A DNA stretch of 64,000 nucleotides from Macrostomum lignano (taxonomy: Eukaryota), in the NCBI GenBank assembly GCA_002269645.1, contig NIVC01000095.1:496001-560000 (forward strand), in the 5' to 3' direction. Made by a program: the position numbers and the translations under genes. Shown here one piece after another: positions 49,789 to 62,387 of this stretch. The number at the start of each line of letters is the position of its first letter. Within the stretch, counting starts at the first letter, position 1. The notes under the pieces are model-generated. The model was not told where the DNA came from. It was given only the letters and a program-made list of their open reading frames with translations, and did not search any database.

Positions 49789-50446
49789 CAGCGTTGAGTC
49801 ACCGTTCAATTGCTTGACAGCATCTTCTGCTGCTAAAAGAGGCAAAGAAATTTGTTAAATAAACATTTAAAGCACTGCATTCAAAGCCAGAGGCAAGTAC
49901 AAGAAGTCACGATGTTCAATAAAATAATTTAATTGTTCATTTTATAGAAGCTAGAAATAAGTGGTAAACGCTATTCAATTATAACTAGTTAGACAAAAAA
50001 CTATTGTGCATGTCGTTTCAATACTACTGTCATACTACTGATAATTCTACTTCTATCATCGTGGCTTTTTGTCTAGTATTATCTATCTAGCAGGCCTCTG
50101 TGTGGGTTAAATTTTTGAGCTAAGGTGTAAATGCACACAAAATAACGCGAAACACCCACAACAAGCACTGCAAAGCAAGTTTATATTATAAGTGTGTGAG
50201 GCAAACAGATTAGAGCATGACTCATAAAGAAGTTTATTCAAAAAATGATTTTTTGCGTACCATTGAGCCTCGAGTCATGAGATCTGGAATCGAAAGTCAG
50301 TTGGAAAACTGCGCGAACTATTCTACTGGTAGTAAAAGTATTAACAAATCGGCAATTATTTTTTTTAAATCTGTTGAATTTGCCTACTATAGGTAGAAAT
50401 GCAAGGAAAAGGCAGGATTTATTTGAGAAATTGCGTCAAAAATGTC

Positions 50447-53400
50447 CTACCGCTGCCCATCTCCGGCAAAGCTGACAAAAGAACCGCCAACGGCGACTTC
50501 ATCAACCTGCTGCTCGGTGATGAAGATCTCGGGGTCCTCGTGATCGTCTTCCTCCCGACCTTCATTTTCGTCATCTCCGCCATGGCCGGCGCCCAGCAGG
50601 CCGCTGAAGGCGGTGGTCAGCCGGGTGATGGGCAGGCGACGAGGTCGCAGACAGACCCGCCGGCCCGGATGGATTTTGTGATCGTCCTGTGGTGGGTTTT
50701 TGGTGTTGGTGGTGGAGGTTTGAGTTAATAAGGGTTGGCAGGTAAATCACCTCGCTTAGTCAGGTAGCCCTCTATACTGTCAGGTGACCCTCCAATCTGT
50801 CAGATGACCCTCCAATCTGTCAGGTGACCCTCCAATCTGTCAGATGACCCTCCAATCTATCAGGTGACTTTCCCTACTGTCAGATGATCCTCCCTACTGT
50901 CAGATGACCCTCGATACTGTCAGATGACCTTCCCTACTGTCAGATGACCCTCCCTACTGTTAGATGACCTTCCCTACTGTCAGATGATCCTCCCTACTGT
51001 CAGATGACCCTCGATACTGTCAGATGACCTTCCCTACTGTCAGATGACCCTCCCTACTGTTAGATGACCTTCCCTACTGTCAGATGACCCTCGATACTGT
51101 CAGATGACCTTCCCTACTGTCAGATGACCCTCCCTATTGTCAGATGACCCTCGATACTGTCAGATGACCCTCGATACTGTCAGATGACCTTCCCTACTGT
51201 CAGATGACCCTCCCTACTGTCAGATGACCCTCCCTACTGTTAGATGACCTTCCCTACTGTCAGATGACCCTCGATACTGTCAGATGACCCTCCCTACTGT
51301 CAGATGACCCTCTCTACTGTCAGATGACCCTCCCTACTGTCAGATGACCCTCCCTACTGTCAGCTAGATGACTTTCTATACTGTCAGGTCCCTTCGATAC
51401 AGTACCCTCGCTACTGTCAGGGGGGGGTCACTCAGATGATCACTCCGGCATTCTCAACCGCACCAGACCAGACACCTCAGGAACCAGCTGACCTCATTCC
51501 GGAAGCGGTTCATCACGGTGACGGGTCTGGCCGGCACCCCAGCCTTCGTGCCGTCCACACTTCTCAGCCAGTTGTCAATGCGGCTCTCTAAGTTGCTCAA
51601 CCGTTCGCTGCTGGTGTCCGCGTCTTCGAACTGCTTTCTCTGCCTCAACTGATTCGACAGATTGTTGAAACTGCTCTGCTCTGCAGCCTCTTCTTTTTGT
51701 TCATCTTCTTCTTGCTCTTCTTCTTCTTCTCCTAGAGGAAGCTTTGACGAGCTCCCATCTGGTGCGGCAAGCTCCGCTGTTTTCTTATTGCCTTGCTGTT
51801 GAAGATCTTTTGTTTTAATCTGCTTTGTTGAAGCCGTCAGCCTGGCTGCCTGCGCTGCCCTCTGCTCCCGTTTAACCCGGTTCCTGTAGAAGACGGTGCC
51901 CGGCCCGTAGGGGTCAATCAGGGCTCCCCTGCTGGGGATGAAATGCGACACGCTGGCCGACTTCACCGCATAACTCGGAGCAGCGGCCGCGGACGCCGCA
52001 ACTTCTCGACGATGAGCTTCCAGTCGCCGTGCAGCGACGATTCTCTCGTACAGGCAGCGAATCAGTGGCACCCCCCAGTCGAGGGGCCTCCCGGCTCGGC
52101 TGATCAGCTTGGCTTTCGCCCGTTCGACAAGGACGTCCTGGGATCGACCCGGGTTGCGCTTATTCTGAGCCAGTCGGTCGTAGTTTTTAGCGTCGAGAAC
52201 GAAAACTACGGATGGCTGGGTGCAGACGATTGACTGGGCGTAGGTTGGCAGCTCCATGCCGTGCTCAATGTCACCGATGAGCTCGCCTGGGCCGACCAGG
52301 GAGAGCTCCAGGTGGCGCTGCTGGTGCTGCACTCGGCGGTGTGGAGTTGTCTGGGCTCGGTGGTGTCTGTCCTGGCTGCTGACAGAGAGTTGAGGGTGAG
52401 TGTGTCAATGAGTGTGTCAGTAAGTGTGTCAGTGTGTCAGTGAGTGTGTCAATGAGTGTGTCAGTAAGTGTGTCAGTGTGTCAGTGAGTGTGTCAGTGAG
52501 TGTGTCAGTGAGTGTGTCAGTGAGTTTGTCAGTGAGTGTGTCAGTGATTGTGTCAGTCAGTGTGTCAGTGAGTGTGTCAGTGAGTTTGTCAGTGAGTGTG
52601 TCAGTGATTGTGTCAGTCAGTGTGTCAGTGAGTGTGTGTCACTGTGTCAGTGGGTCAGTAAGTGTGTCAGTGTGTCAGTGAGTGCGTCAGTGAATTTGTC
52701 AGTGAGTGTGTCAGTGAGTGTGTCAGTGAGTCAGTAAGTGTGTCAGTGTGTCAGTGAGTGCGTCAGTGAATTTGTCAGTGAGTGTGTCAGTGAGTGTGTC
52801 AGTGAGTCAGTAAGTGTGTCAGTGTGTCAGTGAGTGCGTCAGTGAATGTGTCAGTGTGTCAGTGAGTGTGTCATTGAGTGTGTCAGTGAGTTTGTCAGTG
52901 ATTGTGTCAGTGAGTGTGTCAGTGAATGTGTCAGTGTGTCAGTGAGTGTGTCAGTGTGTCAGTGAGTGTGTAAGTGCGTTAGTGTCAGTAAGTGTCAGTG
53001 ATTGTGTCAGTGATTGTGTCAGTGTGTCATTGAGTGTGTCAGTGCGTTAGTGTCAGTAAGTGTCAGTGATTGTGTCAGTGATTGTGTCAGTGTGTCAGTG
53101 AGTGTGTCAGTGCGTTAGTGTCAGTAAGTGTCAGTGATTGTGTCAGTGAGTGTGTCAGTGCGTTAGTGTCAGTAAGGGTCAGTGATTTTGTCAGTGATTG
53201 TGTCAGTGAGTGTGTCAGTGAGTGTGTCAGTGAATGTGTCAGTGAGTGTGTCAGTGAGTGTGTCAGTGAGTGTGTCAGTGTGTCAGTGAGTGTGTCAGTG
53301 CGTTAGTGTCAGTGATTGTGTCAGTGAGTGTGTCAGTGAATGTGTCAGTGAGTGTGTCAGTAAGTGTGTCAGTGAGTGTGTCAGTGAATTTGTCAGTTAT

Positions 53401-55500
53401 TTTTAGTGGTTGCCTCACAGCTGTCTACAATTCCACTAGAACTAGGCTAATATTAACTGCTAATAATGTACATTTGCACTTTAACGAAATTCACATCTCG
53501 GCTAGATATGAATAATGCATTTTGCTTGACTACACCCAACGCAAGCAGTGAATGTCTGTTAAGTTCCCAAGAAAATTCCACTAAAAACTTCTCAAGCAAG
53601 CAGACGCTTCTGTTTGCCCAAGTAAGCAAGCAGGTAGGCAGGCAGGCAGCTCACGAGCCCGTCGGTGGCTGCTCATCCGAGCCGAAGTGAAACTCCCGCA
53701 GTCCAAGCAGGGGATATTGGCCAGGGTGCATGGGGATGTTCACCACCACCTTGGCTTGACCGCTGCGGGAAATTGCGATTTGATTGATGATGAATTATGA
53801 TATGTGTGACTGAGACATTGACATGGTGACACAGAAACCTAACAGACGACACACACACAGACACACACATCCACATCCAACAGGTAACAGGTAACAACAG
53901 GTAACAATAGGTAACACACACACCCAACAGGTAACACACACCTAATAGGTAACACACACACCCAACAGGTAACACACACACACACACACACACTCAACGG
54001 GTAACACACACACCAAACAGGTGACACACACCCAACAGGTAACACACACCCAACAGGTAACACACACCCAACAGGTAACACACACACCCAACAGGTAACA
54101 CACACACCCAACAGGTAACACACACACACACACACACACCCGACAGGTAACGCACAGAGCCTTAATCTCCCAGCAACCCCCTACCTGACGATGAACTGCA
54201 GGCCATCCAGCGGGTCGCCCTGCCGCACGATCGTCGCATCGAACCCGAAGTTCTCCTTTCGAAGGCTCATCGCCGCCTGTCGCCGATATTTCGAAGGCCA
54301 GCTGTCGAATACGTTGCACCTGCTGACGAACTCGAATCGTTCTCTGAGTTCGGCCTCTTGCACAGAGCGCAGAGAACGGTTGTACAGGTCTCTGTTCACC
54401 TCGATGAGCAGAGTGGGCTCGTCCGCGATGATCGAGGCGTTGCGGACGCAGTCTTTGTTAATGAGGGCGAGTTCACCGAAACTCTTGCCCGCGCCTGTTG
54501 GAGTTGTTTAATTAGCGAGGTCTTTGTTCTCACTGTGTGTGTGAACATGGTCTTTGTTTTTACTGTGTGTGTGAACATGGTCTTTGTTCTCACTGTGTGT
54601 GTGAACATGGTCTTTGTTCTCACTGTGTGTGTGAACATGGTCTTTGTTCTCACTGTGTGTGTGAACATGGTCTTTGTTTTTACTGTGTGTGTGAACATGG
54701 TCTTTGTTCTCACTGTGTGTGTGAACATGGTCTTTGTTCTCACTGTGTGTGTGAACATGGTCTTTGTTCTCACTGTGTGTGTGAACATGGTCTTTGTTCT
54801 CACTGTGTGTGTGAACATGGTCTTTGTTCTCACTGTGTGTGTGAACATGGTCTTTGTTCTCACTGTGTGTGTGAACATGGTCTTTGTTCTCACTGTGTGT
54901 GTGAACATGGTCTTTGTTTTTACTGTGTGTGTGAACATGGTTTTGTTCTCACTGTGTGTGTTTGAACATGATCTTTGTTCTCACTATGTGTTTGAACATG
55001 GTCTTTGTTCTCACTCAGTGTGTACATGGTCTTTGTTCTCACTCAGTGTGTACATGTTGCCTTTATCTGTTAATTTAACAATGCTTTGTGAGTAACTTTG
55101 CTAAAGCGATTACTTATGCAAGCAGAACTGCTCACCAAAGTTCACAATAAAGTTGCCGTACTTTGTCCTGTCCAATTCCTTCTTCTCCGCTGTTGCAGCA
55201 GCAATAGCAGCAGAAGTACCTCCTTTGCTGGCTTTTCTCTTTAAGCTGCTCACGCTGACAGGACCTTGAGATTGCTCAGGCTGAGCTGCCGTGGCATTGA
55301 CCGCCGCTTGGGCTGCTTCTTCGCCACCTGTGGTCGTTGCTTCATCATCCGGATCGTCCAGCACAGCTTCTGTGTTGATGTACACGCTGACTTTGCCGTC
55401 CAGAATGATGTAGAAACTGTTGGTTCAAGGAGGTTTAGTTTTAGTTAGTTAGTTTGTTTCTTTGTTTGTTAGTTATTAAGTAAATAAGTGAGTTAGTTAT

Positions 55501-55533
<33 letters not shown>

Positions 55534-55555
55534 CAGTCAGTTAGTTAGTTAGTTG

Positions 55556-55605
<50 letters not shown>

Positions 55606-55606
55606 A

Positions 55607-55681
<75 letters not shown>

Positions 55682-55780
55682 GAGTGAGTTAGTCAGTCAT
55701 TTAGTTAGTTAGTTAGTGAGTTAGCTAGTTAGTTAGTTAGAAAATTAATTAGTTTGTTGGATAGTTAGTTAGTTAGTTAT

Positions 55781-55825
<45 letters not shown>

Positions 55826-55900
55826 GAGTTAGTCAGTCAGTTAGTTAGTTAGTTAGTGAGTTCGCTAGTTAGTTAGTTAGAAAATTAATTAGTTTGTTGG

Positions 55901-55945
<45 letters not shown>

Positions 55946-56250
55946 CAGTTAGTTAGTTAGTCAGATAGTTAGTTAGTCAGTTAGTTAGTTAGTTAATTAG
56001 TTAGTTAGTTAGTTAGTTAGTAAGTTAGTTAGTTAGTTAGTCAGTTAGTCAGTCAGTTAGTTAGTTAGTCAGTTAGTTAGTTAGTCAGTTAGTTAGTTAG
56101 TTAGTTAGTCAGTTAGTTAGTCAGTTAGTCAGTCAGTTAGTTAGTCAGTTAGTTAGTCAGATAGTTAGTTAGTTAGTTAGTCAGTCAGTTAGTTAGTCAG
56201 TTAGTTAGTTAGTTAGTTAGTCAGTCAGTTAGTCAGTCAGTTAGTTAGTC

Positions 56251-56285
<35 letters not shown>

Positions 56286-58161
56286 CGAATGCAGGGCATT
56301 GCCACGACAGTCAGGTATGTGACTGAAAATTTTGGTAGATAATTTCATAGAGAAAGATTACCTGTCCCCCTGCTCGCCCTGTCGAATGATTACGTCATCG
56401 CGTTGGCATTGACGAAAGGCGCAGTTTCTTAGAATGTCTCTGGCCACGTCTGCAAGCGGACAGAGAAAATTCATTTTAATTTCCTTATTTTTAATGGACA
56501 CGTGGTCAGATTAAACTGATACATGTATGCTTTACTAGAAGATAAACGGTTTGGGATAGTGCTACCTGTTAGACAGAGGATAGTGTCACCTGTTAGACAG
56601 AGGATAGTGTCACCTGTTAGACAGAGGATAGTGTCACCTGTTAGACAAAGGGTAGTGTCACCTGTTAGACAGAGGATAGTGTCACCTGTTAGACAGAGGA
56701 TAGTGTCACCTGTTAGACAGAGGATAGTGTCACCTGTTAGACAGAGGACAGTGTAACCTGTTAGACAGAGGATAGTGTCACCTGTTAGACAGAGGATAGT
56801 GTCACCTGTTAGACAGAGGATAGTGTCACCTGTTAGACAGAGGATAGTGTCACCTGTTAGACAGAGGAAAGTGTCACCTGTTAGACAGAGGATAGTGTCA
56901 CCTGTTAGACAGAGGATAGTGTCACCTGTTAGACAGAGGAAAGTGTCACCTGTTGGACAGAGGATAGTGTCACCTTTTAGACAGAGGACAGTGTAACCTG
57001 TTAGACAGAGGATAGTGTCACCTGTTAGACAGAGGATAGTGTCACCTGTTAGACAGAGGATAGTGTCACCTGTTAGACAGAGGATAGTGTCACCTGTTAG
57101 ACAAAGGGTAGTGTCACCTGTTAGACAGAGGATAGTGTCACCTGTTAGACAGAGGATAGTGTCACCTGTTAGACAGAGGATAGTGTCACCTGTTAGACAG
57201 AGGATAGTGTCACCTGTTAGACAGAGGAAAGTGTCACCTGTTAGACAGAGGATAGTGTCACCTGTTAGACAGAGGATAGTGTCACCTGTTAGACAAAGGG
57301 TAGTGTCACCTGTTAGACAAAGGGTAGTGTCACCTGTTAGACAGAGGATAGTGTCACCTGTTAGACAGAGGACAGTGTAACCTGTTAGACAGAGGATAGT
57401 GTCACCTGTTAGACAGAGGATAGTGTCACCTGTTAGACAGAGGATAGTGTCACCTGTTAGACAGAGGATAGTGTCACCTGTTAGACAGAGGATAGTGTCA
57501 CCTGTTGGACAGAGGATAGTGTCACCTGTTAGACAGAGGATAGTGTCACCTGTTGGACAGAGGATAGTGTCACCTGTTAGACAGAGGACAGTGTAACCTG
57601 TTAGACAGAGGATAGTGTCACCTGTTAGACAGAGGATAGTGTCACCTGTTAGACAGAGGATAGTGTCACCTGTTAGACAGAGGATAGTGTCACCTGTTAG
57701 ACAGAGGATAGTGTCACCTGTTAGACAGAGGAAAGTGTCACCTGTTGGACAGAGGATAGTGTCACCTGTTAGACAGAGGATAGTGTCACCTGTTAGACAG
57801 AGGATAGTGTCACCTGTTAGACAGAGGATAGTGTCACCTGTTAGACAGAGGATAGTGTCACCTGTTAGACAGAGGATAGTGTCACCTGTTAGACAGAGGA
57901 TAGTGTCACCTGTTAGACAGAGGATAGTGTCACCTGTTAGACAGAGGATAGTGTCACCTGTTAGACAGAGGATAGTGTCACCTGTTAGACAGAGGATAGT
58001 GTCACCTGTTGGACAGGCACATAAACTGCTTAACATAGCTTACCAGGTTTAATGTTCAAGGGGCACATGTTCAGAAACCAGTCCACAAGTTCGATGACCT
58101 CAGAGTCCGAGCGCTCGGAGGCAGACTTGCTGATGCACTGAACAATGTGACTCAAAGACAT
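50447..58161 (-). CDS. Cyclic-nucleotide-binding-domain protein with two CNB domains (CNBD1/CNBD2-like), at least 7 exons, ~676 aa
   Basis: Exons 58161-58044, 56449-56362, 55416-55136, 54494-54185, 53762-53655, 52378-51493, 50686-50447; phase-compatible, 2031 nt. CNB-A: DDVIIRQGEQGDSFYIILDGKV...GKSFGELAL...RNASII. CNB-B: IVRQGDPLDGLQFIVSG...GPGELIGD. A further upstream exon (~58447-58403, AYPIAVPALLEQHL) is phase-compatible. Confidence 0.8.
50760..51400. repeat. 20-bp minisatellite (gtcagatgaccctccctact) in the last CNBD intron
   Basis: Direct observation. Confidence 0.9.
52395..53395. repeat. ~12-bp repeat (gtcagtgagtgt) in a CNBD intron
   Basis: Direct observation. Confidence 0.9.
53840..54145. 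repeat. caggtaacacacacccaa-type repeat in a CNBD intron
   Basis: Direct observation. Confidence 0.85.
54520..55050. repeat. 30-bp minisatellite (gtctttgttctcactgtgtgtgtgaacatg) in a CNBD intron
   Basis: Direct observation. Confidence 0.9.
55435..56285. repeat. (TTAG)n/(TCAG)n microsatellite in a CNBD intron
   Basis: Direct observation. Confidence 0.95.
56560..58015. repeat. 24-bp minisatellite (gtgtcacctgttagacagaggata), ~60 copies, in a CNBD intron
   Basis: Direct observation. Confidence 0.95.
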
Positions 58162-58669
58162 CCTGCACTGTGCTTCAACTCTCTAAAAGTATTAAATTAC
58201 AAAATTACTCTCCGTGGAAGTCAGTGTGTTTTTCAACTTTGAAAAGTTAATAGCGCTTTTTTATTGCCTAATTGCGTAAACAAGCAGATAAAAGCGATGA
58301 GGGCATGGATACCGTGGCTGTTAATGCAGAAATTGCTATTTTGTTCAAATAAAGAAGCGAAGCGCTGAGCACTGAGCACACAGACACACCCACCCCTTTT
58401 ACCTAAGGTGTTGCTCCAGCAGGGCTGGGACCGCAATAGGGTAAGCTCTTAAAATTCTTTGGCGAAGAAGAGCGAGAGGGCAAGGTAAAAGGAACAGTTA
58501 GTCTCACAAGGCTTTACCTTAACAACTACTAAGCTTTATAAATGCATGGATGCCTAAAACTAGATAGAATTCTGGATTGGAAACTTCTTTTCGAATCTTC
58601 AGAGCGCGCGTGAACTGAACTTTATCGGTAGTACTCGAACTTTAGTACTTAAATGGCAATTTGTACGAA

Positions 58670-59350
58670 TGACAGTCCGTGTGAATGCCAGTTTGTGTGA
58701 GCGCCAGTTTGTGCGAATTCCCAGTTCGTGTGAATGCCTGTTTGTGTGAATGCCAACTTGTGTGAATGCCAGTTGTGTGAATGCTAGTTTGTGTGAATGC
58801 CAGTTTAGGTAAATGCCAATTCAGGTAAATGCCAGTTTGTGGGACTGCCAGTTTGTGAATGCCAGTTCAGGCACATGTCAGGTTGTGTGAACGGCGCAGT
58901 TTGTGTGAATGCCAGCTTGTGCGAATGCAAGTTGTGTAAATGCTAGTTTTTGAGAATGCCAGTTTAGGTAAATGCCAATTTAGGTAAATGCCAATTTAGG
59001 TAAATGCCAGTTTGTGTGAATGCCAGTTTGTTCGAATGAAAGGTTGTGTGAATGCCAGTTCAGGAAATGCCATTTTATGTGAATGCCAGTTTGTGTGAAT
59101 GCCAGTTCAGGTAAATGCCAGTTTGTGTGAATGCCAGTTTAGGTAAATGCCAGTTTGTGTGAATGCCTGTTTGTGTGAATGCCTGTTTGTGTGAATGCCA
59201 GTTGTGTGAATGCCAGTTTAGGTAAATGCCAATTCAGGTAAATGCTAGTTTGTGTGACTGCCAGTTTGTGTGAATGCCATTTTATGTGAATGCTAGTTTG
59301 TATGAATGCCAGTTAGTGTGAATGCTTATTTATTCACATGCCAATTCGCG
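58670..59350. repeat. Degenerate ~17-bp repeat (gtgtgaatgccagttt / ggtaaatgccaattt)
   Basis: Direct observation. Confidence 0.8.
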
Positions 59351-60126
59351 TGAATTTCAAAAGATACACACCTCCAGAGAATGTTACGGATAATGTTGTT
59401 ATTCTATTTTAAAACCTGTGAAACCTAAGTTCACAAGTTCATAGTGAAGATATCAAAGTATTACCATATTCACACATTCACATCAAGACTGTTCAGTTGT
59501 GAACGAATCGAAAAAAATCAATACACTTAAATCTAGGTCCAGATACTATATTTAAAAAACTCCCCGGCCTCTTAGGGTATCAGCAGCCAGCCATCCAATT
59601 AAAACTTCAACCCTAGCTCTGCCCCTCTTCACAGTCCAACACCAACCTCTGTTCTTTTCTCCGCTGCGCTCCGTGCTCAATGAGAGCTGCTCAGCTGCCA
59701 GCTTCGATGCCGAACAGCTACAGCGCTTCTTTGTGGGCAGGTTTTGAGCAGCGGCTGGACCAAACTCTTATAGAGAGAATAATGAAGGATTGACTAAGCG
59801 TAAACATTTCGCCCTAAATTGCCAAAGAAAATATTCTAGAAAACGTTTGCTAGCGCGTGAAGAGCCACCACTTCACGGTATTAAATTAGTGAGCTCCCGT
59901 CTATCTGTTGAGGCATTCGCAGCGGGGAGAAACTCTATGAGCATTCGACAAGTGCTGGGCTGGGCGATGGCTGCGCGTGCCTAAAGTTAACAACTGCAGA
60001 TTGCTTCTTCTGCAGAAATTTATTCTGCGAAAAGGAAAACTAACATTTGACTAATTTATAGACAACTGCGTAAGATACCGCACGGCCGTTTACTGCGGCC
60101 CGTACTGAGCCACTGAGGAGCTGTGA

Positions 60127-60841
60127 AGCTTGGAGGCTGGCCCAGCAACTGAGGGTCTGGGAGGCTGGCCCAGCAACTGAGGATCTGGGAAGCTGGTCCA
60201 GCAACTGAGGATCTGGGAGGCTGGCCCAGCAACTGAGGATCTGGGAGGCTGGCCCAGCAACTGAGGATCTGGGAGGCTAGCCCAGCAACTGAGGATCTGG
60301 GAGGCTGGCCCAGCAACTGAGGATCTGAGAGGCTGGCCCAGCAACTGAGGATCTGGGAGGCTGGCCCAGCAACTGAGGATCTGGGAGGCTAGCCCAGCAA
60401 CTGAGGATCTGGGAGGCTGGCCCAGCAACTGAGGATCTGAGAGGCTGGCCCAGCAACTGAGGATCTGGGAGGCTGGCCCAGCAACTGAGGGTCTGGGAGG
60501 CTAGCCCAGCAACTGAGGATCTGGGAGGCTGGCCCAGCAACTGAGGATCTGAGAGGCTGGCCCAGCAACTGAGGATCTGGGAGGCTGGCCCAGCAACTGA
60601 GGGTCTGGGAGGCTGGCCCAGCAACTGAGGGTCTGGGAGGCTGGCCCAGCAACTGAGGATCTGAGAGGCTGGCCCAGCAACTGAGGATCTGAGAGGCTGG
60701 CCCAGCAACTGAGGATCTGGGAGGCTGTTGGCCCAGCAACTGAGGATCTGGGAGGCTGGCTCAGCAACTGAGGATCTGGGAGGCTGTTGGCCCAGCAACT
60801 GAGGATCTGGGAGGCTGGCCCAGCAACTGAGGATCTGGGAA
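60127..60841 (-). repeat. 28-bp minisatellite, array B (reverse complement of array A)
   Basis: gatctgggaggctggcccagcaactgag is the reverse complement of the 46728-47875 unit. Confidence 0.95.
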
Positions 60842-61349
60842 AGTGGCGAGTGCAGCAAAATGTGCTTCAAAATAAATAGAACAAAATTGATATAGCCGTA
60901 AGATGTTACGAGTATTAACCTTTATTTTGCCAATCTGTCCACAGAATGACGAGTGCCAAGTGTGTCATACACAACGCTTCAACTGTATATATCATCAATA
61001 ATCAGATTAGAAGCCAGCGAACACAAATATGAGCATATTTGAGCATAGTTAAATTTATTATATGGTCAACTATTATTGTAACATACAATATACAAGCAAG
61101 CAAGTTATTATAATAGTCAATACTAAGTATTGATTGGATTATTAGTAATAAAGTGACCAAATTTCAGCAACAAAACTTTAAGAACATACTACTACAAGTA
61201 ACAAGTTAAGAAACGCCTAGAGCTGCAAAATTTCACAGAAAACATATAATACATACCAGACGATAAATTTGAGTCTAATGTTATACAATATTTCTTTACA
61301 CTTGAGAAGGCATACTAGTAAGCGTTGCACAGTATCATCTATTTTAAAG

Positions 61350-61700
61350 CTGGATTAGCAATCCACCCTATTATCATAGTTCCTAATAGGCTAGATTAGC
61401 AATCCACGCTATTATTATAGTTCCTATAGGCTAGATTAGCAATCCACGCTATTATTATAGTTCCTAATAGGCTAGATTAGCAATCCACGCTATTATTATA
61501 GTTCCTATAGGCTAGATTAGCAATCCACGCTATTATTATAGTTCCTAATAGGCTAGATTAGCAATCCACGCCATTATTATAATGCCTATAGGCTAGATTA
61601 GCAATCCACGCTATTATTATAGTTCCTATAGGCTGGATTAGCAATCCACCCTATTAGTATAGTGCATTCAAGCTAGATTAGCAATCCATTATACTATTGC
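61350..61700. repeat. 40-41-bp tandem repeat (ggctagattagcaatccacgctattattatagttcctaata)
   Basis: ~8 copies. Confidence 0.9.
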
Positions 61701-61875
61701 AGCCCCTATAAACTAGATTAGCCATCTTTAAACAAAAATTTACATATCTGTTAGCAATAAATCGCGAAATATTACTACAATAAAAACTTACAAAAACATC
61801 ATCAGAAATAATCGCGCTACTTACTAACAGTAGTATCAGTAGTTTAGTAGGTATAGTTAAATTCAGTGAGTTGGT

Positions 61876-62387
61876 TCAGTTCACCGGATCCAGAGGCCGG
61901 TTGAAGCCACCACGCCTGTTCATATACTGCCTGTACTTTCTCTTCTTAGCAATATGGGCCACGTAGATGTCGTTATTATCAACTTTTTTACCTTTAGTAG
62001 TGCCAAATCCGCAGAATCCCATGAGCTGCATCATGCCGATCTCTTCCTCTGTCCGGCCGGTGATGTCCTCCTCGCGCATTGGCCGCGGCTCCGGCTGGGC
62101 GAACACGGGCCCGGCCGGGGCAGAGCCGCCAAAGAGGCTGCCGCTACCGCCGCCTCCAGATGAAGATGCAGCGACTGCAGCTTGCTGATGCCTGTCACGT
62201 TCGCGTTCACGGTCACGTTCGCGTTCGCGTTCACGCTCACGGTCGCGTTCACGGTCACGGTCGCGCGTCCGATCGCGATCGCGTTCACGGTCACGATCAC
62301 GATGCCTATCACGGTCACGATCGCGTTCACGGTCTCTGTCGCGGTCGCGTTCACGGCTACGACTGCGTGAATGCCTGCTGCCGCGGT
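61876..62387 (-). CDS. SNRNP27: U4/U6.U5 tri-snRNP 27 kDa protein (5' start not located)
   Basis: RD/RE/RS-rich N-part, then [24 protein letters not shown]...[19 protein letters not shown]. The exon opens at the acceptor ttttgtcag (62388) in phase 1, so the ATG must lie in an upstream exon I could not identify. Confidence 0.92.

Noticed and set aside
50399-52233. Plus-strand ORFs (50399-50728, 51943-52233) and similar short ORFs overlapping Hsp70, PGAP3, TyrRS and SNRNP27
   Set aside because: Shadow frames of GC-rich exons that are already explained by the genes called.
59600-59790. GC-rich stretch that could be a coding exon on either strand
   Set aside because: Open frames are short and I could not join them in phase to the CNBD gene. 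It is more likely promoter or UTR sequence; left uncalled.
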